From the NCBI GenBank assembly GCA_036803245.1, contig DAIRUQ010000003.1, positions 1 through 53,444 on the forward strand: DNA of 53,444 nucleotides. Direction: 5' to 3'. The position numbers and the translations under genes are program-made. Shown one piece after another: positions 25,000 through 33,519 of the stretch. The notes beneath the pieces were generated by a model, which saw only the letters and a list, made by a program, of their open reading frames with translations, had not been told where the DNA came from and searched no databases. Position 1 is the first letter of the stretch. Each line of letters opens with the position of its first letter. This DNA is from Chloroflexota bacterium. GTDB lineage: Bacteria; Chloroflexota; Anaerolineae; UBA1429.

Positions 25000-25746
25000 T
25001 CAACCTCCTCGCTCGATGCGGTTGACCTCGGCCAACGCCTCGGTCAGGGTAAAGCGCTTTTCGTAGAGGGCCATGCCGACGATGATGCCCTCGATGCCGC
25101 TAGACGCTTGCTGGGCCAGCGCGCGAATGTCCTCCAGCGAGCTTACGCCGCCAGACGCGATGACCGCCAGGCCGGATTGCTGGGCCAGGCGACGGGTGGC
25201 TTCTAGATTGGGGCCGGTCAAGGTGCCGTCGCGCTGGATGTCGGTATAGACGATCCGCTCCACGCCGAGCTGGGCCATCTGCTGGGCGAGATCCAGGGCA
25301 AGGACGTCACTGGTCTCTAGCCAGCCGTGGGTGGCCACGCGCCCCTCGCGAGCGTCAATGCCGACGGCAATGCGTGCCGGGCCAAAGCGAGCCAGCGCCT
25401 CCTCCACCACGTCTGGTTGGCGCACGGCGACCGTTCCCAGCACGACGCGCGCCACGCCGGCATCCAGCAGGCGGGCGGCATCATCGACGCTGCGCAAGCC
25501 TCCGCCGAACTGCACCGGCACCCTGACGCGGGCAAGAATGGCCGAGACGGCGGCCATGTTGGCCGCTGCCTGATCGCCCAGAGCCCCGTCCAAATTCACC
25601 AGATGGAGCCATTCGGCGCCTTGCTCCTCCCAGGTTTGGGCCATGGCAGCTGGATCGGCGGCATAGACGCGTTCCTGGCTGGCTTGGCCCTGCACCAGGC
25701 GCACACAGCGCCCGTTACGAAGATCGATGGCCGGATAGACGATCAT
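25000..25746 (-). CDS. hisA: ProFAR isomerase
   Basis: [20 protein letters not shown]... from the ATG at 25744-25746. The ORF-track entry (to 25977) is an over-extension into hisH. ATGA overlap with the hisH stop. Confidence 0.93.
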   Translation of the reverse strand: MIVYPAIDLRNGRCVRLVQGQASQERVYAADPAAMAQTWEEQGAEWLHLVNLDGALGDQAAANMAAVSAILARVRVPVQFGGGLRSVDDAARLLDAGVARVVLGTVAVRQPDVVEEALARFGPARIAVGIDAREGRVATHGWLETSDVLALDLAQQMAQLGVERIVYTDIQRDGTLTGPNLEATRRLAQQSGLAVIASGGVSSLEDIRALAQQASSGIEGIIVGMALYEKRFTLTEALAEVNRIERGG

Positions 25747-26366
25747 GGAGCCTCCGTGGCGATGCCGGCCATCCGCGCAAAGTTGCGCAGGATCCGTTCG
25801 CCGATGTCCTGGCTCTTTTCGGGATGGAATTGGATGGCCGCGATGTTGCCGCTGACGACGGCTGACACAAAGTCGCGGCCATAGTCGGTGCGCGCGGCAA
25901 TGACGCCGGCATCGGCGGCATCGCAGAAATAAGAGTGCACAAAGTAGGCATAGCTGCCATCGGGTACGTCGTGCCACAGCGGCGTGGACAGCGTCTGACG
26001 GATCTGGTTCCAGCCCATGTGGGGGATAGTCACCCCGGTGTCAAAGCGACGTACACGACCAGGCAGGACGCCGAGCCCGCGGTGCTCTCCCATCTCCTCG
26101 CCCACCTCAAACAGCACCTGCATGCCCACGCAGATTCCCAAGAAGGGCACCCCGTCGCGGAGGGCGGCCACGAGCGGCGCGTCTAGCCTGTGCGCGCGCA
26201 GGTTGGCCATGGCGTCGCCAAAGCTGCCCACGCCGGGCAAAACCAGGGAGCTAGCACGTGCGATCTGGGCCGGATCTGCCGTGACGGTCGCGGGGACGCC
26301 CAGGCGGCGAAACGCCATGGCGACGTTGCGCAGATTGCCCGCACCATAGTCGATGATGGCCAGCAT
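25743..26366 (-). CDS. hisH: imidazole glycerol phosphate synthase, glutaminase subunit
   Basis: MLAIIDYGAGNLRNV...LGICVGMQVLF... from the ATG at 26364-26366. The ORF-track start at 26567 is over-extended into hisB. Confidence 0.93.
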   Translation of the reverse strand: MLAIIDYGAGNLRNVAMAFRRLGVPATVTADPAQIARASSLVLPGVGSFGDAMANLRAHRLDAPLVAALRDGVPFLGICVGMQVLFEVGEEMGEHRGLGVLPGRVRRFDTGVTIPHMGWNQIRQTLSTPLWHDVPDGSYAYFVHSYFCDAADAGVIAARTDYGRDFVSAVVSGNIAAIQFHPEKSQDIGERILRNFARMAGIATEAP

Positions 26367-26367
26367 G

Positions 26368-26961
26368 CTAGAGGGTCCCCTTGGTTGAGGCGACACCGAT
26401 GCGGCGTTCGTCTCGAGCGACAGCCTGGCCCAGCGCCCGCCCCAGCGCCTTGAAGATCGCTTCGATGATGTGATGACTGTTGGCGCCATCGAGCAGGCGG
26501 ACGTGTAGGGTGATGCCGGCATTGTGCGCCAGGGCCCGCAGGAACTCGGGCACCAGCTCGGTGTCAAAGGTGCCTACTTGGGCCGTCGGGATGTCCACGT
26601 GGTATACCAACAAGCCTCTCCCGGACAAGTCTAGGCTCACCAGGGCCAGGGCTTCGTCCATGGGCAAGGTGTGGCTGCCGTACCGGACGATGCCGACCTT
26701 GTCGCCGAGCGCCCGGGCCAGCGCCTGCCCCATGGCGATGCCAACGTCCTCTACCGAGTGGTGGGCGTCAACCTCCAGGTCTCCCTGGCAGGCGATCTCC
26801 AGGTCGATTAGGCTGTGGGCCGCCACATGACTGAGCATGTGGTCGAGAAAGGCGACACCGGTAGCGATCTGCCATCGCCCGCTGCCATCGAGGTCAAGCT
26901 GCACCCGAACACTGGTCTCGCGGGTCTCTCGTTCGACCAGGGCCGATCGTTGCTCCGCCAT
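26368..26961 (-). CDS. hisB: imidazoleglycerol-phosphate dehydratase (monofunctional, no phosphatase domain)
   Basis: 197 aa: RETRETSVRVQLDLDG...HHSVEDVGIAMGQAL...SHHIIEAIFKALGRAL. Confidence 0.95.
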   Translation of the reverse strand: MAEQRSALVERETRETSVRVQLDLDGSGRWQIATGVAFLDHMLSHVAAHSLIDLEIACQGDLEVDAHHSVEDVGIAMGQALARALGDKVGIVRYGSHTLPMDEALALVSLDLSGRGLLVYHVDIPTAQVGTFDTELVPEFLRALAHNAGITLHVRLLDGANSHHIIEAIFKALGRALGQAVARDERRIGVASTKGTL

Positions 26962-26969
26962 GCTGCCTC

Positions 26970-28082
26970 CTAGAGAGACTCAAGGGCCGCCAACACCGCA
27001 TCATTCTGGGCTGGCGTTCCCACGGTGATCCGCACGTGGCCTTGGAGCCGTCCTTCCCCAAAATAGCGCAGCAGAATGCCGTGCGCCTCCATATGCGCTC
27101 GGAACCGATCCGCGTCGACACCCTGCAACCGGCAAAGGTGATAGTTGGCTTGGCTGGGATAGGCGACCAGATGGGCCGAGGCGGCCAGCGCCTTGCCCAT
27201 GCGCTCGCGCTCGGCGACGATGGCCGCCACGCGATCCAGCGCGGTCTGCGCGTTCAGCAGCGTAGCCAACGCTGCCGCCTGGGCGGGGCCGTTCACGTTA
27301 TAGGGCGATTTGAGCTTGAGCAGTAGCTCGGCCAGGCGAGGCGGACAGATGCCATAGCCGATGCGCATGCCCGCCAGCCCGGCCCACTTGCTAAAAGTGC
27401 GGAGTACCACCAGGTTGTCGTGCTGGGCGACTTGAGCGGCGCGCGAAGGCCCGCCAAACTCGACATAAGCCTCATCGAGCACCACCAGCAGGGGCAGCGC
27501 CAGCAGCCGGGCGAGCTGATCGTCGGGCAGGGGGCCGCCGTCGGGGTTGTTGGGTGCGGCCAGGAACAGGATCCGCGGTCTGCCGTCGGCTTCGCATACA
27601 GCGGTGATGGCGTCCACATCCACGCCGAATTCGGCGTTCCGCGGGATCTCGCGCACGGGTATGCCGTCGGTCGCGCCGTAGAAGGTGTACATGCCAAAGG
27701 TGGGGGGGCAGGAGAGGATCTCGCACACGCCCCTTCCTTGGGCATCGGGGCGGATCAGGCGCAGAATGAGCTCGATCAGCTCATCCGACCCGTTCCCGAC
27801 CACGATCTGCGAGCTATCCACGCCGCAGAAATCCCCGAGGCCCTGGCGTAGCCGCCGCGCCAGGGGATCTGGATAGCGGTTCAGATCGTTGTACTGCCTG
27901 ACGGCGTCCTGCGCCGCCGGCGTTGGCCCGTATGGGTTCTCGTTTGCGTCCAGCTTGATGAGGCGATCCGCTGGCATGCGCAGACGCTCAGCAGTGGCCT
28001 CCAGCGGTTCGGGCGCGTATTCCTTGACGGCCCCAAGGCGCTCGTTCACGAGGGACCAGAGGGCGGCGTTCGGTGACTCCAT
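26970..28082 (-). CDS. hisC: histidinol-phosphate aminotransferase
   Basis: From the ATG at 28080-28082 (MESPNAALW...). IKLDANENPYGP and the TFSKWAGLAGMRIGY PLP-lysine motif are present. The ORF-track start at 28232 overlaps hisD and is rejected. Confidence 0.92.
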   Translation of the reverse strand: MESPNAALWSLVNERLGAVKEYAPEPLEATAERLRMPADRLIKLDANENPYGPTPAAQDAVRQYNDLNRYPDPLARRLRQGLGDFCGVDSSQIVVGNGSDELIELILRLIRPDAQGRGVCEILSCPPTFGMYTFYGATDGIPVREIPRNAEFGVDVDAITAVCEADGRPRILFLAAPNNPDGGPLPDDQLARLLALPLLVVLDEAYVEFGGPSRAAQVAQHDNLVVLRTFSKWAGLAGMRIGYGICPPRLAELLLKLKSPYNVNGPAQAAALATLLNAQTALDRVAAIVAERERMGKALAASAHLVAYPSQANYHLCRLQGVDADRFRAHMEAHGILLRYFGEGRLQGHVRITVGTPAQNDAVLAALESL

Positions 28083-28087
28083 GGCTG

Positions 28088-29434
28088 CTATGCTCCCCTC
28101 AGCCGGCGGCGCATGGCGGCGGCATGGGCCGTCAGCCCCTCGGCCTCGGCCACAACCAGCGCTGGTTCCGATAGCACGCGCGCTCGCTCGGCGCTCAGGG
28201 CAAAGACGCTGGTGATCTTGACGAAATCCCACACTTGGAGGGGCGAGCTGAACCGAGCCGTGCGGCCGGTAGGCATCACATGGGTCGGGCCGGCGGCATA
28301 GTCACCCAGCGCCTCGGAGACATGCTCGCCCACAAAGATGCCGCCAGCATGCCGCACCTTGCCCACCCAGCTCCAGGGGTCGCGCATGAGCAAGCAGAGG
28401 TGCTCGGGCGCAAAGAGGTTGGCCAAGTCCATCGCCTCGTCCAGCGAATCGACCAGCGCGATGGCGCCGCGCGTTGCCAACGACTCGGCGGTGATGTCCC
28501 GGCGCGCAAGCTGCTCCTGCTGGGCCGCCAGCTCGGTCTGAACCGCGTCGACCAGTTCGGGGCTGGTGGTGATCAGCATGGCCGTGGCCATGGGGTCATG
28601 CTCAGCCTGGGCCAACATGTCGGCTGCCACCATGCCCGCGTCGGCGCTGTCATCGGCGACCAAGAGCGTCTCTGTGGGGCCTGGGAGCTGGTCGATGCCC
28701 ACCACGCCGTACACCCGCCGCTTGGCCAGCACGACAAAGATATTGCCGGGCCCCAGTATCTTGTCGACGGGGCGGATGGACTCGGTGCCATACGCTAGGG
28801 CGCCCACGGCGATGGCGCCGCCCAGCGGTACGATCTCTGTCACGCCGGCCACGTGGGCGGCGGCCAAGATGGTATCGTTGAGCTGGCCGTCGCGCGGTGG
28901 CGTGGCCACGACGATCTCGTCTACGCCAGCTACCTGAGCGGGGACGGCTGCCATCAGTAACGAAGAGGGATAGGGCGCACGACCATTGGGGGCATAGATG
29001 GCCACTCGCTCCATGGGCCGGACCATTTGCCCTAGCGCGCCGCCATCGTCGTCCCAATCTAGCCATGAGGTAACCGGTTGCTTCTCGTGAAAGGCACGGA
29101 TGCTGTCAGCGCAGCGCTGGAGGGCGTCGCGCAGCGAGGTTGGCGTGCGCTCCCAGGCCTCGGCGATGCGCTCCTGGGGCACCGAGAGGTCAGTCAGCTC
29201 GGCCCCCTCAATCAACGTGGCATAGCGGCGGACGGCATCGTCGCCCTCGGACCGAATGTCCCGCAGGATGCGCTCAACTACCTGGTCGGGTGTGAGCGGC
29301 TCGCCAAATAGCCGCTGGATGCCGGCTTGGAGCCCGGGGGAGGCCTCGTAGGCGTCCAGCGGGGGGCGCGCTTCCAGGAAAGATCGCGTGGCATCGAACC
29401 CTCGTAGCAGGCGAATCGGGTTGGCGTTGCTCAT
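28088..29434 (-). CDS. hisD: histidinol dehydrogenase
   Basis: 448 aa. ...AQAEHDPMA... plus overall collinearity with HisD. Confidence 0.94.
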   Translation of the reverse strand: MSNANPIRLLRGFDATRSFLEARPPLDAYEASPGLQAGIQRLFGEPLTPDQVVERILRDIRSEGDDAVRRYATLIEGAELTDLSVPQERIAEAWERTPTSLRDALQRCADSIRAFHEKQPVTSWLDWDDDGGALGQMVRPMERVAIYAPNGRAPYPSSLLMAAVPAQVAGVDEIVVATPPRDGQLNDTILAAAHVAGVTEIVPLGGAIAVGALAYGTESIRPVDKILGPGNIFVVLAKRRVYGVVGIDQLPGPTETLLVADDSADAGMVAADMLAQAEHDPMATAMLITTSPELVDAVQTELAAQQEQLARRDITAESLATRGAIALVDSLDEAMDLANLFAPEHLCLLMRDPWSWVGKVRHAGGIFVGEHVSEALGDYAAGPTHVMPTGRTARFSSPLQVWDFVKITSVFALSAERARVLSEPALVVAEAEGLTAHAAAMRRRLRGA

Positions 29435-30084
29435 GATCGCGCTCCCTTGGCAGCCACCACGCTGGATAGGTCGCTGATGAGACGCTGGATGGCCGCGAAC
29501 CGCAGCTTGTGGCTGGCGCGGTTCACGATCAGAACCGCCTCCGACCGCATGATGAGATCAAGCTCTACCAGGCCGTTCTCGCGCAGGGTGGTGCCGGTCT
29601 CGACCAGGTCCACCAGCAAGTCAGCTAGCCCCACCACAGGGGCCAGCTCTACCGATCCGCTCATGGGGATGATCTCGGCGGGAATGCCCTGTTTGAGGCA
29701 GTAGGCCTGTGCCAACCGGGGGTACTTGGACGCCACGCGCAGGCCAATGTCCAGCCTTAAGTTCCGGTCGCGAGCCTCGGGCGGGCCCGCCAGCATGAGG
29801 CGGCACTGTCCGAATCCGAGCCGCAAGGGCTCATAAACCTGCCGTCCCGACTCGCGCAGCACGTCCTCGCCGGCCACCCCCACGTCGGCGGCACCATATT
29901 CGACATAGGTGGGCACGTCTGCGGGCTTGGCCAGCACGTACCGCACGGATCCGCTGGCATCGGGAAAGACCAGTTTGCGCCCGTTCAGCGCCTCTGGCGT
30001 CGGCCCCAGGCCGATGGCCTGCAGCAGCTCTAGCGCCGCATCCTGCATTCTTCCTTTGGGCAGGGCGATGGTTAGTGGTTCCAT
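29431..30084 (-). CDS. hisG: ATP phosphoribosyltransferase, short (HisZ-dependent) form
   Basis: 217 aa: LTIALPKGRMQDAALELL... It lacks the C-terminal regulatory domain of long HisG. Confidence 0.92.
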   Translation of the reverse strand: MEPLTIALPKGRMQDAALELLQAIGLGPTPEALNGRKLVFPDASGSVRYVLAKPADVPTYVEYGAADVGVAGEDVLRESGRQVYEPLRLGFGQCRLMLAGPPEARDRNLRLDIGLRVASKYPRLAQAYCLKQGIPAEIIPMSGSVELAPVVGLADLLVDLVETGTTLRENGLVELDLIMRSEAVLIVNRASHKLRFAAIQRLISDLSSVVAAKGARS

Positions 30085-31343
30085 GCGTCTATCTCGCGCT
30101 CCATCTGATCCAAGCTCGCGGATCGGGGTTCGTCTCCCAGCAGCAGACAGGCCTGTTCCGACGCGTCGTCGCTCGGTGAGCAGTAGATGGCTCTCCGGGC
30201 GCCGGTCGCGCGACCGTAAGCCTCCAGGGCGATAGCGTCACGGTCCAGCACATCCACCTGCACCGTCAGACCGGCTTGGCGGGCGTGCTGGGCTAACCGC
30301 ATGCAGCGCGGCGAGCTGGCCGGTCCCAGCAAGAGGTCAACCCCTACCCTGGCCTGGGCCCTGGTCACCAACATGGCGCGCTCGATGCCGATGGCGAATC
30401 CGACGGCGGGCATATCGGCGCCAAAGCTGGCGACTAGCTTGTCATAACGTCCGCCGCCGCATACCGGAAAGCCCAGGCCAGAGGCATACCCATGGAAGGT
30501 GATTCCGGTATAGTAGCCCATGGTGCGGATCTCGCCCAGGTCTAGGATCACGTGCTCGCCCAGGCCGTAGTTGCGCACCTGCTCGTACACTTCTGCCAAC
30601 CGGTCGATGGCTTGGCGAGCGCTGCCGCCCAAAGCCAGGTCGCGGGCGCTGTCAAGCACCTTGGCGCCTCCACACAGTTGCGGGATGGCCTGAATGGCTC
30701 GTGAGACGGCCGGATCCATGCCGATCGCGCGGGTTGTCTCGCGGATGGCTGCATCGCTGCGTTGGTCGATGGCCTGCTCGACGCGGGAGCGGGCGTTCTC
30801 GTCGAGGGCTGTGTCGCTCAGCAGGCCCTGCAGAAAGCCCACATGGCCGAGGTTGATCTGAAAGTCCTCCAGCCCCAGTGCCAACATCGTCTCCACAGCC
30901 AGGCAGACGATCTCGGCGTCGGCGGTGCTGGTGTCGGCGCCCAGAAGCTCTACGCCCGCCTGCGAGAACTCGCGCTGGCGTCCTGCCTGGATCTCTTCGT
31001 GGCGGAACACGTTGCCCACATAGTAGAACCGTAACGGCCTGGGTTGGTCATACAGTTTGGTGGCCGCGATGCGGGCGATCGGAACAGTCATATCGGGTCG
31101 CAGAGCCAGCATCCGACCGGTGCGATCCACAAAGCGGTAGAGCTGCTGCCGTAGTTGCGGGCTGGCCTGCGTGGCGAGGGTGTCGTAGAACTCGAATGTA
31201 GGGGGGATGATCCGCGCATACCCCCACCGCGCAAAGAGCTGCTGGACGCGTTGCTCCAGCATGGTCTTGGCGGCGGCCTGCTCGTAAAAGAGATCCGCCA
31301 CGCCGACGGGCGTTTGGCGTTCGAGAGCGTCAAAAGGATCCAT
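30072..31343 (-). CDS. hisZ: ATP phosphoribosyltransferase regulatory subunit (HisRS paralog)
   Basis: HisRS-like class II core (GYARIIPPTFEFYDTL...RPDMTVPIARI...RFYYVGNVFR). It overlaps hisG by 13 nt and is the first gene of the his operon. Confidence 0.85.
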   Translation of the reverse strand: MDPFDALERQTPVGVADLFYEQAAAKTMLEQRVQQLFARWGYARIIPPTFEFYDTLATQASPQLRQQLYRFVDRTGRMLALRPDMTVPIARIAATKLYDQPRPLRFYYVGNVFRHEEIQAGRQREFSQAGVELLGADTSTADAEIVCLAVETMLALGLEDFQINLGHVGFLQGLLSDTALDENARSRVEQAIDQRSDAAIRETTRAIGMDPAVSRAIQAIPQLCGGAKVLDSARDLALGGSARQAIDRLAEVYEQVRNYGLGEHVILDLGEIRTMGYYTGITFHGYASGLGFPVCGGGRYDKLVASFGADMPAVGFAIGIERAMLVTRAQARVGVDLLLGPASSPRCMRLAQHARQAGLTVQVDVLDRDAIALEAYGRATGARRAIYCSPSDDASEQACLLLGDEPRSASLDQMEREIDAWNH

Positions 31344-31378
31344 TGGGTACCCCGATTCGTGCGCTGAACATCAGATCG

Positions 31379-31414
31379 AAACAAGAGAAAAGGCTAGCTC
31401 GTGTGAACTAGCCT
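31379..31414 (-). terminator. intrinsic terminator (attenuator) in the his leader
   Basis: Minus strand: AGGCTAGTT-cacacg-AGCTAGCCT followed by TTTTCTCTTGTTT. It ends about 35 nt upstream of the hisZ ATG. Confidence 0.65.
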
Positions 31415-31461
31415 CCCGCGGTGAGCCGAACGCGCTGCATCGGTGCAGCACGACGCCTCAC

Positions 31462-31512
31462 CTAACGATGGTGATGATGCTGGCAAAGGTTGGCGAGCGT
31501 CTCGCTTACCAT
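31462..31512 (-). CDS. his operon leader peptide MVSETLANLCQHHHHR
   Basis: 16-codon ORF on the minus strand: ATG GTA AGC GAG ACG CTC GCC AAC CTT TGC CAG CAT CAT CAC CAT CGT TAG. The four consecutive His codons lie at 31468-31479. It sits between a consensus-like promoter and the terminator. Confidence 0.6.
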   Translation of the reverse strand: MVSETLANLCQHHHHR

Positions 31513-31552
31513 AGGGTGCGGTTGACTCCAAGCGTCCTACAAAGCTGGGGCG

Positions 31553-31581
31553 ATGATAACACACGGCCAGGGAGGTGTCAA
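31553..31581 (-). promoter_or_regulatory. his operon promoter (TTGACA-17 nt-TATCAT)
   Basis: Minus strand: TTGACA (31581-31576), 17-nt spacer, TATCAT (31558-31553). Confidence 0.6.
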
Positions 31582-31625
31582 CTCGCGGCCCCGGCGAGAG
31601 GCCGGCCCGGCAGTGGGATCGGGCC

Positions 31626-31654
31626 TTGCACAAAGAGAACGAATGTGCTATTAT
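31626..31654 (+). promoter_or_regulatory. divergent plus-strand promoter (TTGCAC-17 nt-TATTAT)
   Basis: TTGCAC at 31626-31631, 17-nt spacer, TATTAT at 31649-31654. Confidence 0.45.
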
Positions 31655-31691
31655 GAGGGCGAACAAACGTTCGTAGCAGGTGAGGTAGACG

Positions 31692-31853
31692 ATGCACTGG
31701 CTAACTGGAGTGATCGGGTTCGCGGCTGGCTGCGCGGTTACCATGGTGCTGCGCCAGGCCGTCTTGGCGTCGGGTCCCGCTGGGCGGGCGGGCGCCAGTT
31801 CTCCTTGGCGGCGAGGGCGCCGGAGCAACCGCCCTCTTTGGTGGTACGACTAG
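31692..31853 (+). CDS. possible 53-aa small membrane protein (hypothetical)
   Basis: AGGTGAGG plus a 6-nt spacer before the ATG. MHWLTGVIGFAAGCAVTMVLRQAVLASGPAGRAGASSPWRRGRRSNRPLWWYD has one hydrophobic helix and an Arg-rich tail. Below the ORF-track cutoff, no homolog recognised. Confidence 0.25.
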   Translation: MHWLTGVIGFAAGCAVTMVLRQAVLASGPAGRAGASSPWRRGRRSNRPLWWYD

Positions 31854-32230
31854 TCGCGCGCCCCTTGGGCTGCCGGCATGGCCCGGCTGGCGATGATGGC
31901 AACCCCACTATCGAGCAGATCCGCGATGACGACCTGATGCAGGCTCACCGGCGCCTTGAGAACCACTCGCCGCAGGAGATCGGCCGCCGGTAGCAGCAGG
32001 GCCTTGGGCATCGGCTCGGCCGAACGTACGGCGACCAGAGGGCCGACGCCACCGGCCACGCGCACCGTAGTGGCCAGCATGCGACGTGGATCGGTGATCT
32101 CTTCCCGAGCAAAGGCCTCACCGCGGCGGCAGCGGCCGCCCCGCACCTCCACCAGCTCGCCTCCGTCCAGCACGGCCGTCAGGTTGCAGCCGACCGGGCA
32201 GGTGACGCAGATCAGATCGCGCTCTTCCAT
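31850..32230 (-). CDS. DUF1667-domain protein
   Basis: MEERDLICVTCPVGCNLTAVLDGGELVEVRGGRCRRGEAFAREE... Cys-rich N-terminus typical of DUF1667 partners of FAD oxidoreductases. Confidence 0.8.
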   Translation of the reverse strand: MEERDLICVTCPVGCNLTAVLDGGELVEVRGGRCRRGEAFAREEITDPRRMLATTVRVAGGVGPLVAVRSAEPMPKALLLPAADLLRRVVLKAPVSLHQVVIADLLDSGVAIIASRAMPAAQGARD

Positions 32231-32232
32231 GG

Positions 32233-33519
32233 CTATCGTCCTCGCTCGGGGCAGGTCACGTCCACGACCAGGCTGGCCGACGGATCCAGTGTGCGGAGCA
32301 GACTCGCCGGCATCTCGATGTCCAACATCTCGGACGGACGCGCGTAGCGCAGCCGCCGCTGGGCCAGGGTCGCCGTGCCGTTGCGAACGGCGATCAGGGC
32401 CGTCTCCTCAATAGGCTGCTGGACGCGGCAGGCCAGCTTGGCCGGCGTCCCGTCCAAAGGCCGGCTGAGGCGTTGAGGCACCACGTGATGCACGTTGATG
32501 CCGGCCTCGATCGGCACGTGGCTGTCCTCCACCACGGGCAACCGGCCCGCCGCCCATCCGGCAGCAGCCTGGCCCGCTAGCATCGCCACCTCGCTGACGT
32601 CATCGACCAGGTCATACACGTGTACCACGTTTCCCGCGGCGAAAATGCCCGGGACCGACGTCTGATAGTTCTGATCGACCAGAGGTCCACCCGTGCGACG
32701 ATCCAGCGCCACGCCGGCTTGCCGCGAGAGCTCGTTCTCGGGGATCAGCCCCACCGAGAGCAGAAGGGTGTCGCAAGGGATCGTCCACTCGCTACCGTGG
32801 ATTGGCTGCCAAGAGCTATCCACCCGCGCCGCGACGATCTCCTCGACGCGGTCCTTGCCCCGAACCTCTACCACAGTGGTCTGTGTATGCAGCGGAATGC
32901 CATAGTCCTGCACACACTGTACCAGGTTGCGCCGCAGCCCGCTCACATAGGGCTGGATCTCGAGCATCGCGGCCACGCGCGCCCCCTCAAGGGTCATGCG
33001 CCGCGCCATGATCATGCCAATGTCGCCCGAGCCCAGAACGACCACACTTTCGCCAGGCACATAGCCCTCGATGTTCACCAGGCGCTGAGCGGTGCCGGCG
33101 GTATAGACGCCCGCGGGCCGCGCGCCCGGAATAGCCAGGGCCCCTCGTGGACGTTCGCGGCAGCCCATGGCTAGCATAATGGCCTTGGCGCGCACCTCGA
33201 TCAGGCCGCGGGTCGCGCCCGTGGCGCGTACGACCAGATCGCGGCCGATCTCGAGCACCATCGTGCCCGTCATCACCTCTACGTTGGCCTCGGCGGCACG
33301 CTCGACCCAGCGTTGGGCGTACTCGGGTCCGGTGTGGTCGCTGCCGAACACGCGCACACCAAAGCCGCTGTGGATGCACTGCGGGAGGATGCCTCCGAGC
33401 TCTTGGTTTCTCTCTAGCACCAACACGCGCTCGGAGCCGGCATCTCGCGCACTCACGGCCGCGGCCAGGCCTGCCGGCCCGCTGCCGATGATCAGGACGT
33501 CGCAGGCTAGGCTCTTCAT
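32233..33519 (-). CDS. NAD(P)/FAD-dependent pyridine-nucleotide-disulfide-family oxidoreductase
   Basis: From the ATG at 33517-33519: [22 protein letters not shown]... Second fold VVVLGSGDIGM, plus GIFAAGNV. The ORF-track start at 33651 is over-extended. ATGA overlap with the upstream gene. Confidence 0.85.
   Translation of the reverse strand: MKSLACDVLIIGSGPAGLAAAVSARDAGSERVLVLERNQELGGILPQCIHSGFGVRVFGSDHTGPEYAQRWVERAAEANVEVMTGTMVLEIGRDLVVRATGATRGLIEVRAKAIMLAMGCRERPRGALAIPGARPAGVYTAGTAQRLVNIEGYVPGESVVVLGSGDIGMIMARRMTLEGARVAAMLEIQPYVSGLRRNLVQCVQDYGIPLHTQTTVVEVRGKDRVEEIVAARVDSSWQPIHGSEWTIPCDTLLLSVGLIPENELSRQAGVALDRRTGGPLVDQNYQTSVPGIFAAGNVVHVYDLVDDVSEVAMLAGQAAAGWAAGRLPVVEDSHVPIEAGINVHHVVPQRLSRPLDGTPAKLACRVQQPIEETALIAVRNGTATLAQRRLRYARPSEMLDIEMPASLLRTLDPSASLVVDVTCPERGR

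Noticed and set aside
25000-28232. N-terminal extensions of the hisA (to 25977), hisH (to 26567) and hisC (to 28232) ORF-track entries
   Set aside because: The extensions run deep into the preceding his gene and translate to Arg/Cys/Pro-rich junk. Internal ATGs reproduce canonical HisA, HisH and HisC N-termini with ATGA-type or short junctions.
31468-31656. 62-aa plus-strand ORF starting MVMMLAKV
   Set aside because: Its ATG GTG ATG ATG start is simply the reverse complement of the His-codon run in the minus-strand his leader peptide. It has no SD.
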